A DNA stretch of 64,000 nucleotides from Cyanophora paradoxa CCMP329. Lineage: Eukaryota; Plantae; Glaucophyta. Shown in pieces: positions 32,701-45,373 of the stretch. Numbering within the stretch: the first letter of the stretch is position 1; each line of letters opens with the position of its first letter. The stretch spans positions 1 to 64,000 of the forward strand of contig QPMI01000479.1 in assembly GCA_004431415.1 (NCBI GenBank), read 5' to 3'. A program made the translations under genes and the position numbers. Under the pieces are notes generated by a model. That model worked only from the letters and a program-made list of their open reading frames with translations, did no database searches and had not been told where the DNA came from.

Positions 32701-35700
32701 GACGCCGGAAGCACGTGCGAGCGGTGCGTTTAATATCTTTAGTGGCGCCGGCTTTGTGAAAACAACGTGTGCCCGTCACTTTAGGTGTCCGATGAATTTT
32801 GTGTCTGGGTTTCCGGGCGCGACGGAGTGCACAGCATGCCGGGAGGGCACCGTGGCTGCGACGGACTCACAGACCTGCATCGATTGCAGTCCAGGCGCGT
32901 TTTAAACCTAAGCATTTCCCCTTTTGACGGGGAAGTTGCAACGTTAGCGCTAACCCCTCAAGTACAGGAACCTACCGCTCTTTCAGCATGACATCTTGCA
33001 TGCCTGTGCCAGAGCGGAGCGTGGCTCTTCAGGCATCTTCCATGTTTGAACGCTGCCAAGACGTGCGGTCTCGAGAAAATTGCACCTTTAATCCCGCTGT
33101 TGACAACAGTCACATGTGCACAGGGCTACATTCCGGCCGTTGGCAAGAGCGTCTGCCAACCGTGCCCGAAAGGTGACGATTGACACATTGCAGCTTTCAC
33201 TCGGCGCTGTACATGTGTCGTTTTTAAAATCCGTTTGCAGGCACTTTTCAGCGGGCTGAGTCGTGCGAGTACTGTCCCACCAACTACGTAGCGTCTACTG
33301 CAGGAAGCAGCGCTTGCACTGCTTGCCAGCGTGCGTCCGTAACAAATTCATTTTGCTTGCGGCTGAAGGCGTTGATCTGGCAGCTGGCTATGTTTCTTCT
33401 ACGGACAGCCAAACCTGCATTCGTGCGTTCACCTTGAAGACCTGCATTCGTGCGATCGCGCGCGAACTAGCACTATTACTGATTCTCATTCAGCGTGCAT
33501 GAGCGGCACCTATCGATCCGCCGACATGGTCAACTGCGTCTCCGTACCTCTTGGCGCCATAGCGCAGTCCGGTGCGCGGCTCTATAATCTATCGGTGCCT
33601 GTATGCCTTTCTCATGGGGCCACTGCAGCGAGCTCGAGCTACATCGTATGCGCCACCGGCACAGTGCCGAATCCGACAGGCGACGAGTGCATGCCATGCG
33701 GAAAGGGGGCCTACGAGAGCAACCGTGTGTGTCGGCCCTGCGGAGGTTACCGGATCGCCCCGTCGCCTGGGTCCTTTTTCGAATCTTTGATCTTATATTA
33801 ATATGTGTGCAGGAAACACTTTCAATCCGGACGTCGCCGCAACTTCCTGTCAGCCGTGGTCTGTTTCCCAGCTTTAATCCCTTTATCATGGAGCGGCGCT
33901 CCAAACCCACAAACTGAAAAAGAGCTCTCAGCCCTGCTGGAAGCGTGGCGAGCCCGAACAAAGAGAGCTGCGACTATTGTTTGCCAGGTCACCGATCAGA
34001 CCGAACCCAGACGCTAGCCAGTGGCTGCAGCGCTTCCACTGACAAATGTAACGCGTCGCATTCACAGGATTCTATCGCTCTGCCACTATGGGCGAGTGCG
34101 CCTTCTGCCCCAACGGTGCATACAGCTCTGGAGGCGCTGAACGCTGCCGGTGCAATCCCAAACTGCCGATCAGTTTTCTCCGATCTCCTGCAATAGTAAC
34201 AGGAATCCATTCGCAGCCCATGCGATGCGGGGTACGTGTCGACGCCTGACCGGACGGGCTGCGAGCCTTGCAAGGTCCATGCTCATTTGTGGAGCCTTGA
34301 ATTTCTGCTCTGACGCTGCCCAACATTTACAATTCGTTCATTCGCGATCTCAAAGGCGGGGTTCTACGAGCGGGACCGGAATTGCTACGAGTGCCCCGCA
34401 AATGCCGTGACACCAGAAACGGGGGCGACCACGTGCGCTCACGGCATAATATCCGATATTCTCGGTATCCGTTAAGGCTCGCGATCGGGGCAGGTGCACT
34501 GTTTGTCCGGCTGGTCACGTTGCAAGCCAAGACCGGCAGAACTGTATCGTGCGCCCGCACACGCGCGCGCCCTCGTCGACACTGGCGCTCGCGCCCAGCT
34601 GATCGTCGCGCGTCTCATCCCAGCCGTGCTCTCAAGGCACCTTCCGAACTCAGAACATGACATCCTGCCTTCTGGCGAGCGCATGGTTTTCAAGCCTTTA
34701 AAGCTCTGCGCCGTGCCAGCTCTGACACTGGCACGCATTAATATTCCAGTGCCCCTTCCGCACCTACACGCCTGCAGCGGGGGCGACGAGCTGCACTCTT
34801 TGGTCGGCGCCATCGCGCTCTTTCGCCGGCGTTAGTTGCAATTCATTTTTCTGACAAAGTGCGCCGGTCAGTCCAAGAGGGACTCAGTCTTCGGACGATC
34901 GAACGGAGTGCCGGTTCGTCATATATTTGTTGCGTGAACTTCAGCATCGCCTGATCACTTCCGCCTGCAGCGTCTGCCCGCGTGGCACGTACGAGGACGA
35001 CGGGTCCTGCTGGTCCTGCCCCAGTGTTCGTTGATGCTTCCCACTCTGCTCCTGACAACGTTTGCTTTTGCTGACCCGCCCCGGCGCCGGCGCCGAGCAG
35101 GGGACCGTTGCGCCCGTGGCGCAGTCATCTTCGTGCGATCAGTGCCCCAACGGGACAATATCGAGCGGCGACCGGACGCGCTGCATCGACTGTACGCCGG
35201 GCACTTTTCAGCCTCAGGATCAAGATCTCTGCCTCTCCTGCAGACCGGTCTGCTTCGAATTCAGTTCTGTAACCGCTGCAGTTGTAATGGATATCTGAGA
35301 TGCAATGCACACGCGCAGGGCACGTGGGCGCCTGCAAAAGCCCACGGGGCTTGCAAGCTGTGTCCGATCGGCAGCACGGCTTCCAGCGACAGGCAAGCCA
35401 TTTTTCGCAACGCTTTTGCGACATTCGTTCGAATTCGAATTTTATTTATGCGAGCTGACGATTATTTTGTGTAGCACGCGCTGTATTCCGTGCGACCCTG
35501 GCACGTTCATGCGGAACGGGAGCGCCTTTTGCGAGCAGGCGGGTCGTTGCTGTAATATCGAACTGAACATTCGATTGTGATGTAACTCGCGTGCCGTTTG
35601 CAGTGCGGGCCCAACACGTACGCTTCCGAAGCGGGCCAAGCATTTGCCTGCAAACCATGCGAGGCTGGCTACACCAGTGCCCCCGACTACAGAAGCTGCC

Positions 35701-38700
35701 AAGTGCGTATTCGCATTGCGTCCTGAACTTCTCGGGCTGTCCTAAAGTCTCGCAGCTCTGCCCACCCGGCACGTCTCGAAATGGCTCCATGCAGAGCTGC
35801 CTCTCGTGCCCTCCGGTTAGTGGACGCGCAGGTCGATGTCCCTCCTGCTGGGCTCTCTCACAGCTCAAGCTCACAGGGCACCCATGCGAGAGAATACGGC
35901 TCCATCGAGTGCACTGCCTGGTGCGAAACTCGCATACACTCGATGGAACCCGTCTCGCAAAGCTCATGTTCAAATTCGCTACACCAGCCCGGCAGGGTCT
36001 ATTCCCAGAGAAGACGGGTGCGCGTCCTGCGCCGAGCAAACAAACAAAACAATCCTTTAATCTCTCCTTTCCGACGCTTGCTCTTAACATTTTCTCCCGC
36101 TTTCAACAGGATTGATTGCGTAGGTTTGTGGTTTTCAGCATCTTCAGCACGTCTGCATTGAACTGACAAGGCTCTCGATCGCAGTTTGCGGGCCGGGTCG
36201 GGTTCCCCACGCAGGGCGGGTCTGCCGCCCGTGTTCTGCAAATCAGATCGCTCCGTCTCCGGGAATGGAGTCGTGCGAGGCGCGCTCCGGCTGTGCTCTG
36301 TGAACTGCCGATTCCCGTTCCCCGGCTCAAAACCACACAGGCATGCCCGGCTGGTCACATCGCGGACCCAGGGCGCGAAACCTGCATTGCCTGCCAAGCG
36401 GGGACTTACGAGTCTGGCGGCGAGTGTCTGCGGTGCGCGCACGGGTTTAATTATTTTCTTCCTCGTCCTTCGGTCGTGAGTAGATCTGACGAATGCACGC
36501 AGGTGCGCGAAAAACTTCGTGTCAGGCGCCGCTGCGAAGAATTGCACGGGCTGCCGCCCGGGCACCGTCAGCCAGTCGGGCGTCGAGTGCACGAACTGCC
36601 CGCCCGGATCGTTCCGCAACGCTTCCATGCTCGTGCGCCCGCCCGCGTCCGCCCGCCTGCGAGCCGGCGTCGCCCTTGCGAACTGTTTTCTTTTTTTCGC
36701 GCAGGTGTGCGCCCCCTGTCCGTTCGGAACGTACGCGTCGGCGTTCGGCAGCTTCGCGTGCGAGCCGTGCCCCGCCGGCAAGCTCTGCCCAGTCGGTGCG
36801 CGTCTCGACGAGTCTGGCGTGGCGAGGAGGAGCCTATCTTACGTTTCTGGGGGCAGCTGCCTCGGAGCCGATCGATCTCGCGTTGAGGAGCAGCAGCACG
36901 TTGGAGGAGATAGCGGCGCCGGAAAACGCTGCGGCCACGACCTTCCGCCGCTGGCTGCTGGGCGAGGCGCCTGCCGCGAGCTCAAAGAGCAGGCGGCACC
37001 TGGCGAGCTCGAGCGCCGGCAAGGCCGGGCCGCTGACGAGCCAGGACCTCGTGTTCGGTCAGAACAACGTGACCGTCACGCAGTCGACCGTCGTGAACGA
37101 GGACGAGGCGCTGCAGCGCGTGAACCGGATGTTCCTCTTCATCCTCGCCGGCGTCGCCGGCGTGGCGCTCCTCGTCGGCCTCTGCATCTTCGCGTACCTC
37201 CGCCTCGCCCCCGACTCCTCGCCGGCCGCCCGCCTGGCCCGCGTCCGGCGCATCAAGCGCCTGCACCTGTTCTACCGAGGCGCGCCCCGCTCGGCTGTCG
37301 CTGTCCAGCTTACGTCAATGCGTGGTCTGATGCGGGTCGACGAGCAGAGCCGGAGCCTCCGAAGGCACCGGAACCGTCTGCCAACGACGTCGACGTCGAC
37401 CACACGGAGGAGGACGCCCCGAAACCGGACCCGCTGAAGGGCCGCTCTGTGCCGGGAGCGTATTTCACGATCGTCGGAGTCGCTGGCGTGGCCGTTGCAG
37501 GTGAGCAGGTTTCCTTTGCGACCTCCGCGCCGTTTACAAGCGCGCCCTCGGCCAGTTATGTTCGTCGTGGTACAAGCCGGCGTCGCAAACTACAACATCG
37601 TCCAGAGTCTGTGCGTTCTGATAGTCTAGACATCAAATTACATTCTTCAAATGAAACTATCGGTACCATCGAATACCCTGAACTGCCATAGGAACCCCGG
37701 GACATCGCCGTCGGCGACATCGATCCGGGGCACCTTCGCCGTCGCCGCCACCTTCCGCGGCTACTCCGGCGACTGCGACGAGAACGACGCGAATTTCAAC
37801 AGCTCCGGATTCGGCGGACAGCAGGTCTGTCAGATATCTACTTCGATGACGTCGACGACAAGCCAGACTTTGCTGACCTCGAGCTCGCCAAATTCGAACG
37901 CGTGCGCCCGCAGGCCATCAAAGTGAACAAGACGAGCGCCGCGAGCCGCGTCTGCACGTGCGTGCCCGCGTTTCCCCTTCGATCGCCGCGTCTGATTTCG
38001 CGTATGCAGCGTCGCGTGGAGCTGCACGAACTGCCGCATCACGGCTGATGACGGCGCGTACCTGCGGCTGTACCTCACGTACCGTCTCGCTATGGCCGTC
38101 TCCATTAGCTACGCCATGAAGGTGCTTACTTCAATTTAAATTAAATCAAGCATTGCCCTTTCATCGGGCCTGCGAACCGATGCCGCGATCCGGGGCAGAT
38201 TCCCGAGTACATTACAGTGAACGGCATGGTCACGCCGTCGGCCGACGACGCTGTGTTCCGCGGCTCGCGACCTCTCGTCGTCCCCGTCGATCTCGTATGC
38301 AATTCTTGAGGCTTAAGCTAATATCAGAGAATGCGAACCTAGGCAGAGAAGAGAATATATCAGCTTAAGCTAATAATATATCCGATTAAATATATATTGA
38401 CCTGCGTCGCGCCCTCTCGTCGCCGCAGACGCCGATGCACTTCATGTCGGAGGAGGACGGCTCCGCGCGCTACTTTGCCGCCGTCTCCTCCTCGGACACG
38501 GAGGCGGGCCAGCGCACCCTCACCGACTTCGTGCGCCCGGCGTCCGGCCGCGGCCGACGCCGCCAGCCGCCATCCGTCGAGGCTATTTATATGTGAGCTG
38601 AAGTCGTGCGGCTTTAATTTCGCCGCGCAGGCGCTGTGCCAGCCGGAGCGGGCCATGTCCGAGTGCCCTGATGAGATGGTCTCGTTTGGCGTCAACTTCC

Positions 38701-39835
38701 GTGTCTCTCAGGCAAGCCGTAAGATTCCAATCATGAACTCCTGCAGCAATTCGTGGCGCAGTCGACCCTGACGGGTCGCGCGCGCAGGTCTACCTCCTAG
38801 TCGATAGGAAGGTCCGCTCGACGGTGCTGGACACCATCGCCAACATCATGTCGCTCGCCTCGGCCGCCTTTGGCGCCGGGGGGCAGGCCCTCGCCGCCTT
38901 CCTCGCAGTCCGAGCGCTCGTCTGGGTGAGCGGACCTTTCAATGTAACGGCGTTGCGATTGCACCGCGATCTTTATGGAGCTGATGCCGGGGCCGCCGCA
39001 GCGCAAGAGGCCGATCATCTTAGACCCGGAGGACGACGCGCAGCTGCAGGAGGTCGCGCCCAAGGGCGATCGGAAGGCCTCGGATTCCCCGAAATTGCCC
39101 CCTGCGTTGAGCTCCGCGTCGGCGCGGCAGCATCCACGGAAAAGTGCTAGCCCTGATCATGAGCCACCGCCAGCTCCATCAGCCCCCGCACCGGCAACGG
39201 CCGTCAGGCGGGCATCTCTGTCCCTCTTGGGACCTCTCTCGCCCAATCGCGAGCGGAAGTCTGCGCTTGCCGCGCCCACCCCCGCCGAACCCTCTCGAGA
39301 TCTTCCGTCCCCATCCTCCCGCGATCGCGACAAACAGGGATCTGCACCAAAGCAACGGGCGAAATCGCCCTCTCCAGTGCCCTCATCGACTGCCTCCTCG
39401 CGATCGCTATCCTTCAAGCCGCCCTTCCCCGCCCCGTTGACCGCCCACGACGGGCCTCCGAAGCCGACGGCAACTGCTCCCAAAGCCCCATCGGTATCGG
39501 AGGCCGCGCCTCCCCGGCAGCGTTCAGTCCATATGGCTGCACCCGCCTCGGCTGCGCATGCCGCGCATGCCGCCAGGCCATCCGGATCCCCAGTGTCCTT
39601 CGTGAGCCAGCTGGCCGGAGCCGCGTCGCCTCTCCAGCGGTCTCGGTACCTGACCGCCGAGCTCGGGGCGCGGATGCATATGGGGCTGACGGGCCCACCC
39701 ACGTTCTCCAACCTCCCCGCGCTGACGGCTGCGGCGGGCCCAAGCGCCGCCTCGCCCCGGAGCAGGGCGACTGCGATCCGTAGCGATCCTGAGGGCGAGG
39801 GCGGGGCCCCCGGCGGCTTGGAAGACCAGTTCTAA
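29790..39835 (+). CDS. Large multi-exon host membrane protein with GCC2/GCC3 (ephrin-receptor-like/TNFR-like) Cys-rich repeats (start approximate)
   Basis: Dozens of short exons with CxxCPxGTY-type repeats (e.g. CDACPVGSVADESKTSCVDCPPGTY). Hydrophobic segments near 37130-37200, 37460-37500 and 38830-38925. Pro/Ser/Ala-rich tail ending at TAA 39835. Confidence 0.8.
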
Positions 39836-41121
39836 TAGAGCGCCTGCCGTTTAATTTAATTTGCAAGGCCGGCCGAACTAGCATTTCACAATAATCTTTA
39901 ATTTCTAGCTAGCTTTAGGTAATGAATGTAGCCTGACGTCAGAACGTAGCCTAGGCCTATCGCTGCAGCTGGCTACAGTCACACATGCCTAGTCGTGATA
40001 TCGAGTATTATTGTTCATGATCAGCTAATATATATCATTATTCAATGTTGGGCGTGCAGTTGCGCGGCGCTATATTGCAAGGGGGGAAAGAAGACCGAAG
40101 GTCTTCCCCCCCTGGCTTCCCGTTCCCTCGCTTCAGCCAAAATTTTTCTATGAGGCCGTTTTCGAGGTCCAGTATGCAACACCAGAAAAAAATGATGCTT
40201 TATTCGCGATCCTATTGGCTCGGTGGACCGGTCAGCCTTCGACTTTCGAGCGTCGAATTCGAGGGGAAAAAGTGGTTTTCGAGGGGAAAACTACCTTCTC
40301 TCTAACTCCGGTCTTCGAATTCCTTGCGCGGTTCTGCATGGAACCAGTTCTCCCTAGCTGTCTCCTCTAGATTTCGGCTTCCTCGCAGTGCGTCGCGTAC
40401 GCCTTAAGCTTGCTCTTCGTTGCGCGGTTCTGAATGGAACCTCTTCTCTCTACCTCAGACTACCTGTCAACGTCTCCTCTAGATTTCCGCCTGGAAACTG
40501 CTTGCGTTGCTGCCTGCGCCGCTGCAGCTAGCGCTGATCGCAGCCGAGCACGCCCGGCGGGCCAGATCTAGACCGTACTCTCTTGCTGCGCTTATATCGA
40601 GCTTATATCGAGCTTATATTGCAGAACCGCGTGTGCCGGCCGAGCACGCCGGCCGGGCCGGGCGCTCGGCGCTCTTGTTGCGATCGCGATCGGCACCCGG
40701 ACAGCAGACTAGCTAGTGTGCTGCGCACGACGTGGCCGCAGTGGCGCTTGTCCGCTCATTCGGCACCCCGCGTGCGCCCTGTGTTGCGCCGCGTGCACGT
40801 GCGTGCGCCCCCGCGGCCGCCGCCTGTCACCCGGCCTGGGCATTGCCTCCGGACGCGCCGCTGCACGCCGCTTTCCGGTCGTTACGGATCCAGCTAACAG
40901 GCCAGCTGGCTGCACTGCAGCTTAAGCTTCAGCAGTGTTCGCAACAGCCGGCAGTTCCCTTATTCAGCAGTAGCTCATGATCAGGGAAAGACCTTCCCTT
41001 GGCGAATTTCAGACGAGATGGGACGGACAGCTGCATTGGACCTTGTCCTCGCGATCGGGCGAGATTTCCTGCCGTCGCACTGCAGCTGCACTCTCTCATC
41101 GTCGTGCACGGGCGGCATTTC

Positions 41122-44100
41122 TTTTTTTTTGCAAAAGTGGACGTCGCATTGATACACCACGGCACATGTATCAATGTTCTACGTGACGCGCCCTTCCGAC
41201 CGGTCATCTATCTAGCCGAAGATGCTAGCGAGGTGCCGGCCATGGGTCGCTCAATATGGGAGGTTCGCCTGAGTGGGGGAGCCATGGTTTTCGGTGATAG
41301 CCGTAACCAGACCCGCGCGCCCACCCCTTGATCAACTCCTCCATCCCTCATGAGCCCTGGAAGTGAAATGTCTCGCAGTCCGCCGCCCTCCCTTGCCGCC
41401 GCTCCGCCACCCCTCCTCCTCCTCACTCTGCCTCCTCCCTCCTCCTCACCTGCGCCCCAGGACCCCGATTAATCGGTGTCCCGTCTTGTCGAGGTGAAGA
41501 AGGTGGTAGGAGGAAGATATGAGGAAGGAGAGGGAGTGGGCGGAGGCAGCAGCTTGGGGCGGGCAGCGGATGCGGGGCAAGGCAGGGAGGGGTGCCGGGA
41601 CAGCAGTGTGGAGTGAGCGTGGGCATTGGCAGGCGGCGCAGAGAGCTGGGAGTGCGGGGACGAGGCGGGCCGCGAGGGTCGGAGGGGTCGACCGGGTTAG
41701 AGGGGGGGCCGAGGCCAGGGGGTGGCCGAGGCCGATGGGTGGCCGAAGCCGGGGGGGGGGCCGAAGCCGATGGATGGCCGAAGCCGAGGGGAAGGCCGAA
41801 GCCGGTGGGGGGCCGAAGCCATAGGGTGGCCGGAGTCAACGAGGGTTCGACACTTGTGAGTCGGTTGGGGCTGGGGAGGGACCGTAGGGGCGGCGGGGCG
41901 GCATCGTGTGGGGTCCCGGTCGGGGGGCCGGCTGAAGCGAGGAGGGGGGGGGAGAGTCGGCTACTTGAGGCGTCGTTAGTGGTTTGTACACTCCAGGTGC
42001 GAAGAGGGACGTGATTGTGGGTTGTCCAGCGGGTATCGACACCGTTCGCGCTTTCTTGGTCCCGCGCTTGGGGGTCTTGCGACCGGCTGCCTGTCTTTTC
42101 GCCGTAGGTACGGGTGGGGCGGGTGCAGAGGCGGGAAGGGGAGGGGTCATGGGGCACGGGCGTTTGGTGCCGGGGCGGGGGAGTATCGGTTGTCCGTTTG
42201 CGTGAGGCAGGCGACGGGCGAGTTCGTTTCGAGGGAGGGGCCAGGGGGGGCGTTGGGGCGGGGCGCTTGGAAGGTTGAGTAGCGGACGTAGGGCCCGCGG
42301 GCAAAGCGGGCAGGGTGCCATTGTTGGGGTTCTTGTGGGAAGGCTGCGTTGGGGGTGCAGCCGGTTGGGAGGCAGGGCTAGAGTATGAGGTGGTCTCCGG
42401 GCGAGCGGGGCACTTTCCCCGTCTGGCGTCGGAGTGGGCCTGGAGGGCAGCTGCGGAGGCAAATCGGGTGCCACAGGTGCAAGAGAAGTCAGATGTCATG
42501 GCTACGGTGCCGGCATTGGGCGGCTGGGGGAGGGGGGCCTGGGGGAGGGGGCGGTCTGGGCGAGGAGGGGGCAGGGAGTCGTGCAATTGCCTGGCGGAAA
42601 TTTTCCAGGAGAACCCATGGTTGGCTTTCCGAGTCCAATCCGCAGCAGAAGTCAGTAATGGAGATGGTATCATGGAGGGAGGGGCGGGGGGGGCGGGGGG
42701 GGAGGGGGGACTAGGCGGCTGTACTGGCGGCGAGCGGGAGGGTTTGGTGTCGGCATGTTTGCGGTATCGACGTTTGGTTCTGTCAGTGATGCCCTGTCGG
42801 AGCTCCCAGGCGTGGTTGCGGGCGCAGCGGTCCTCCAGATCGCACGGAGGTGTTGGTCGAGGAGTAGCGCTAAATCTTTTTGGATTGACATTGTGGTGGT
42901 CTTGTTGATGCCCAGGGCTGCGCAGAGGCGGGCAATCCTGCCGGGTACCGAGGCGCAGGAGGGCAGGAGCGGGAAGGGGAGTATGTCAGCCAAGGCCGGG
43001 CTAAGCTTTGTCCATAGGGTATCGGTGAGACCTGGGGGCGGACAAGGGCCGGATTTTCGGTGGGGAGAGGAGGGCGGAGTGGAGGGGAGAGGCGGGTCAG
43101 GGGAGACGAGGCGGAGGAAGGGAAAGAGTTGAAAAATAGTGTCGTCGTGTCCTAAGGTTTGGGCGAGTGGCGGAGAACCCGGGTGCGGAGGAAGGTCACG
43201 AGTGCGTCCTGGAGAGCTTGGAGGAGGAGGCGAGCGGCGGGCAAGTAAATATGTGAATGAAGTCTTCGGGGGTGGGTTGTAGGGTCGGGCTGTCTGGGGT
43301 CTGCGGCCCTCGGTGGGGAAGAGGGCGGGGGGAGCCCGGGGGGTGCACGTGGCAGGGGCGGGGAGGGTGGGGTGGGAAGTAGGGTCCTCGGGACTGGGGC
43401 AGGGGTGGGGGGAGGTGACAGAAGGGGCAGTGGGCGATACCGTCAGGAAAGAGAGGGCCGTATAGGTCGGGGTCGTGGAGGAGGCGGATGGTGAGGGAGG
43501 GAGGCCTCCAAGAATGCACTGGAATCTGACTTTGCGGAGGTGATCGCCTGTGGGGTACGGCGGTCCGGTGGCTTGTCGGACACGAGGGAGAGGGCTGGGG
43601 CGAGGGTAACGTGAGGATTGCTGAGGACGGCCCAGCGTTGCGAAGCTGGCGCCAGTCGAGGTATTGGAGAGGGAGGCTTCGGCTAGGAAGTGAGAGCGGG
43701 GGTCCCCCTCAACGCGGTATGCATGGAGTCTGCCTCTGTAGGGCTCGGCTCCTGGAACTGGGCCTTGGGAGGACGGGGGCGGGAGGCCGACGCGGATGAG
43801 GAAGCATTTGAAACTGTGGGGAATGAAGAGAAGGGCTGAGAGGGGGGCGTCTGAGGCCGTTTTGGCAAGCTTGTCAACGGCGTCATTGTGGCAGTTGTCA
43901 GGAGTGTAGGCTGGGTTCGGGATACGGTTCTTGGCCGGGGTCCGGGCCGCCTCTTTCTTTGCGGCCGTTTTAGATGTTTTGGCGGACCGTGGTGGCGGCT
44001 GGGCGGCGTCGCGGTGAGCGGCTTCAGCTAGGATGGTCGCCGCCTCGAGTGGGTCACGTGGACGGCCGGAAGAGACGGCGTGCTGTTGCGAAAGCTTCGT

Positions 44101-44527
44101 TGCGGGCCAGGTCAGCGAGCTGAGAGGCGAGTTCTTGGGCGTAGCGAGCACCGGGAGGGAGGGGGTGGCGGCCCTGCAGGGCGAGGCGGGGTAGACTCAA
44201 GCACAGTTGGGGAGCGCGGGAGGGCTGGGCGGTCGGGGGAGGGTGGTGGGGAGTCTATAGCGAGGGTAGGCAGGGTGCCGCCAGTGGAGACCGGGGGGCG
44301 GCGTGGCGGTCGGGGGCGCCCCGGGAAGGTCGGTGGGGGTCTGAGGGCCGGGAGGGCAGGGCCACAGCATATAGAGTCGAGGGTGACGGACCCGTAGCAG
44401 AGGCTGAGGGCAATATATTCACGGTATCTGCGGAGCGCAGCATTGTCGACCTGAATGTAGGCTGGGGGGCGGGGCAAGTCCGACGGGGCAAGTGCTGAGG
44501 AGCGACTGAGTAGGTCAGCTGTGAGGA
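41122..44527 (-). mobile_element. 5'-truncated non-LTR retrotransposon (RNase H end, Cys/His knuckle, poly-A, 18-bp TSD)
   Basis: Direct repeat GTGCACGGGCGGCATTTC at 41104-41121 and 44528-44545; T9 at 41122-41130. Minus-strand peptides HNDAVDKLAK, CPFC...EDFIHIFTC and IWRTRCARNHAWELRQGIT (across frameshifts). Confidence 0.85.
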
Positions 44528-44545
44528 GTGCACGGGCGGCATTTC

Positions 44546-44686
44546 GCCATCCACGCCAAGCGGTGGATTTTCTTTGTGTTGCGTCTCGTCGCCCGCCGTC
44601 TGATCTGAACTGCGCATTCTCGCAGCGTCACGCTGCAAGCAAAGGACATTCAGTTCGCCCGCCGGATCCGCGGCGAGCGAGACTGA
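44546..44686 (+). pseudogene. Histone H3-like C-terminal fragment with one intron, interrupted by the retrotransposon
   Basis: Splicing out 44563-44625 (GT...CAG) gives [25 protein letters not shown], versus canonical H3 [25 protein letters not shown]. Confidence 0.8.
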
Positions 44687-45057
44687 ACCCTTCCTCTTCA
44701 ATACGCTCACGCACGTGTTCCGATGTAAATAATTCGCGCATGTGCTGTCTGTGTGCACGAAATCGCAGCTGCAGAATCTATCTTCGAGCTGCTGCAATTA
44801 TCGCAAGCGCGGGTCATTCAGGGCTGAGCTCGGGAAAATAATGAATGGGCCTCTATTTTAAGTTCCAGGGATCTCGGCTTTTAGTCGTGCACTTCAGGCA
44901 TGCTTGCGGGATTCCTGTCTTTTCTGTCTATCTTCTTTCTTCCACTCTCTGTCTTCAGCGCTCTTTCTTCTTACTGTCGTCAGCGCTCTGTTGGTGCGCG
45001 AAGATTCATTCAAGTGGACCGCCCATAGCTGACCTCTGTTCATGATTGCTACCGCAG

Positions 45058-45373
45058 GCCTAGGCCTGCGATCGAGGACCTCCACATGGGAGTCCTCAAG
45101 CGCCTCCGTGACGCCGGCCTCGCGGATATCGAAATTCAAGACCTTGTCTACCAGATGCGCGGCGGGAGCGAGCAGCGCGCCAGCCGCGTGGCTCTGCGGG
45201 CGCTCGAGGCGGCGGGCCGCCTCACCATGCTCTCGCAGGACGGCTCTCTTCAGGACCGGCGCCGCTGGCTGCCGCTCACCCCCATGGCCGACTTCCGCCC
45301 CGACCCCCTCCAGAAGGCCTGGATCGCCTATGTTTACGGCGAGCCCTGTGCAGACAGCACCATCATCTTTTAG
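45058..45373 (+). CDS. Terminal exon of an unknown host gene
   Basis: CAG acceptor at 45057, then a GC3-rich open frame to TAG. Confidence 0.35.
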
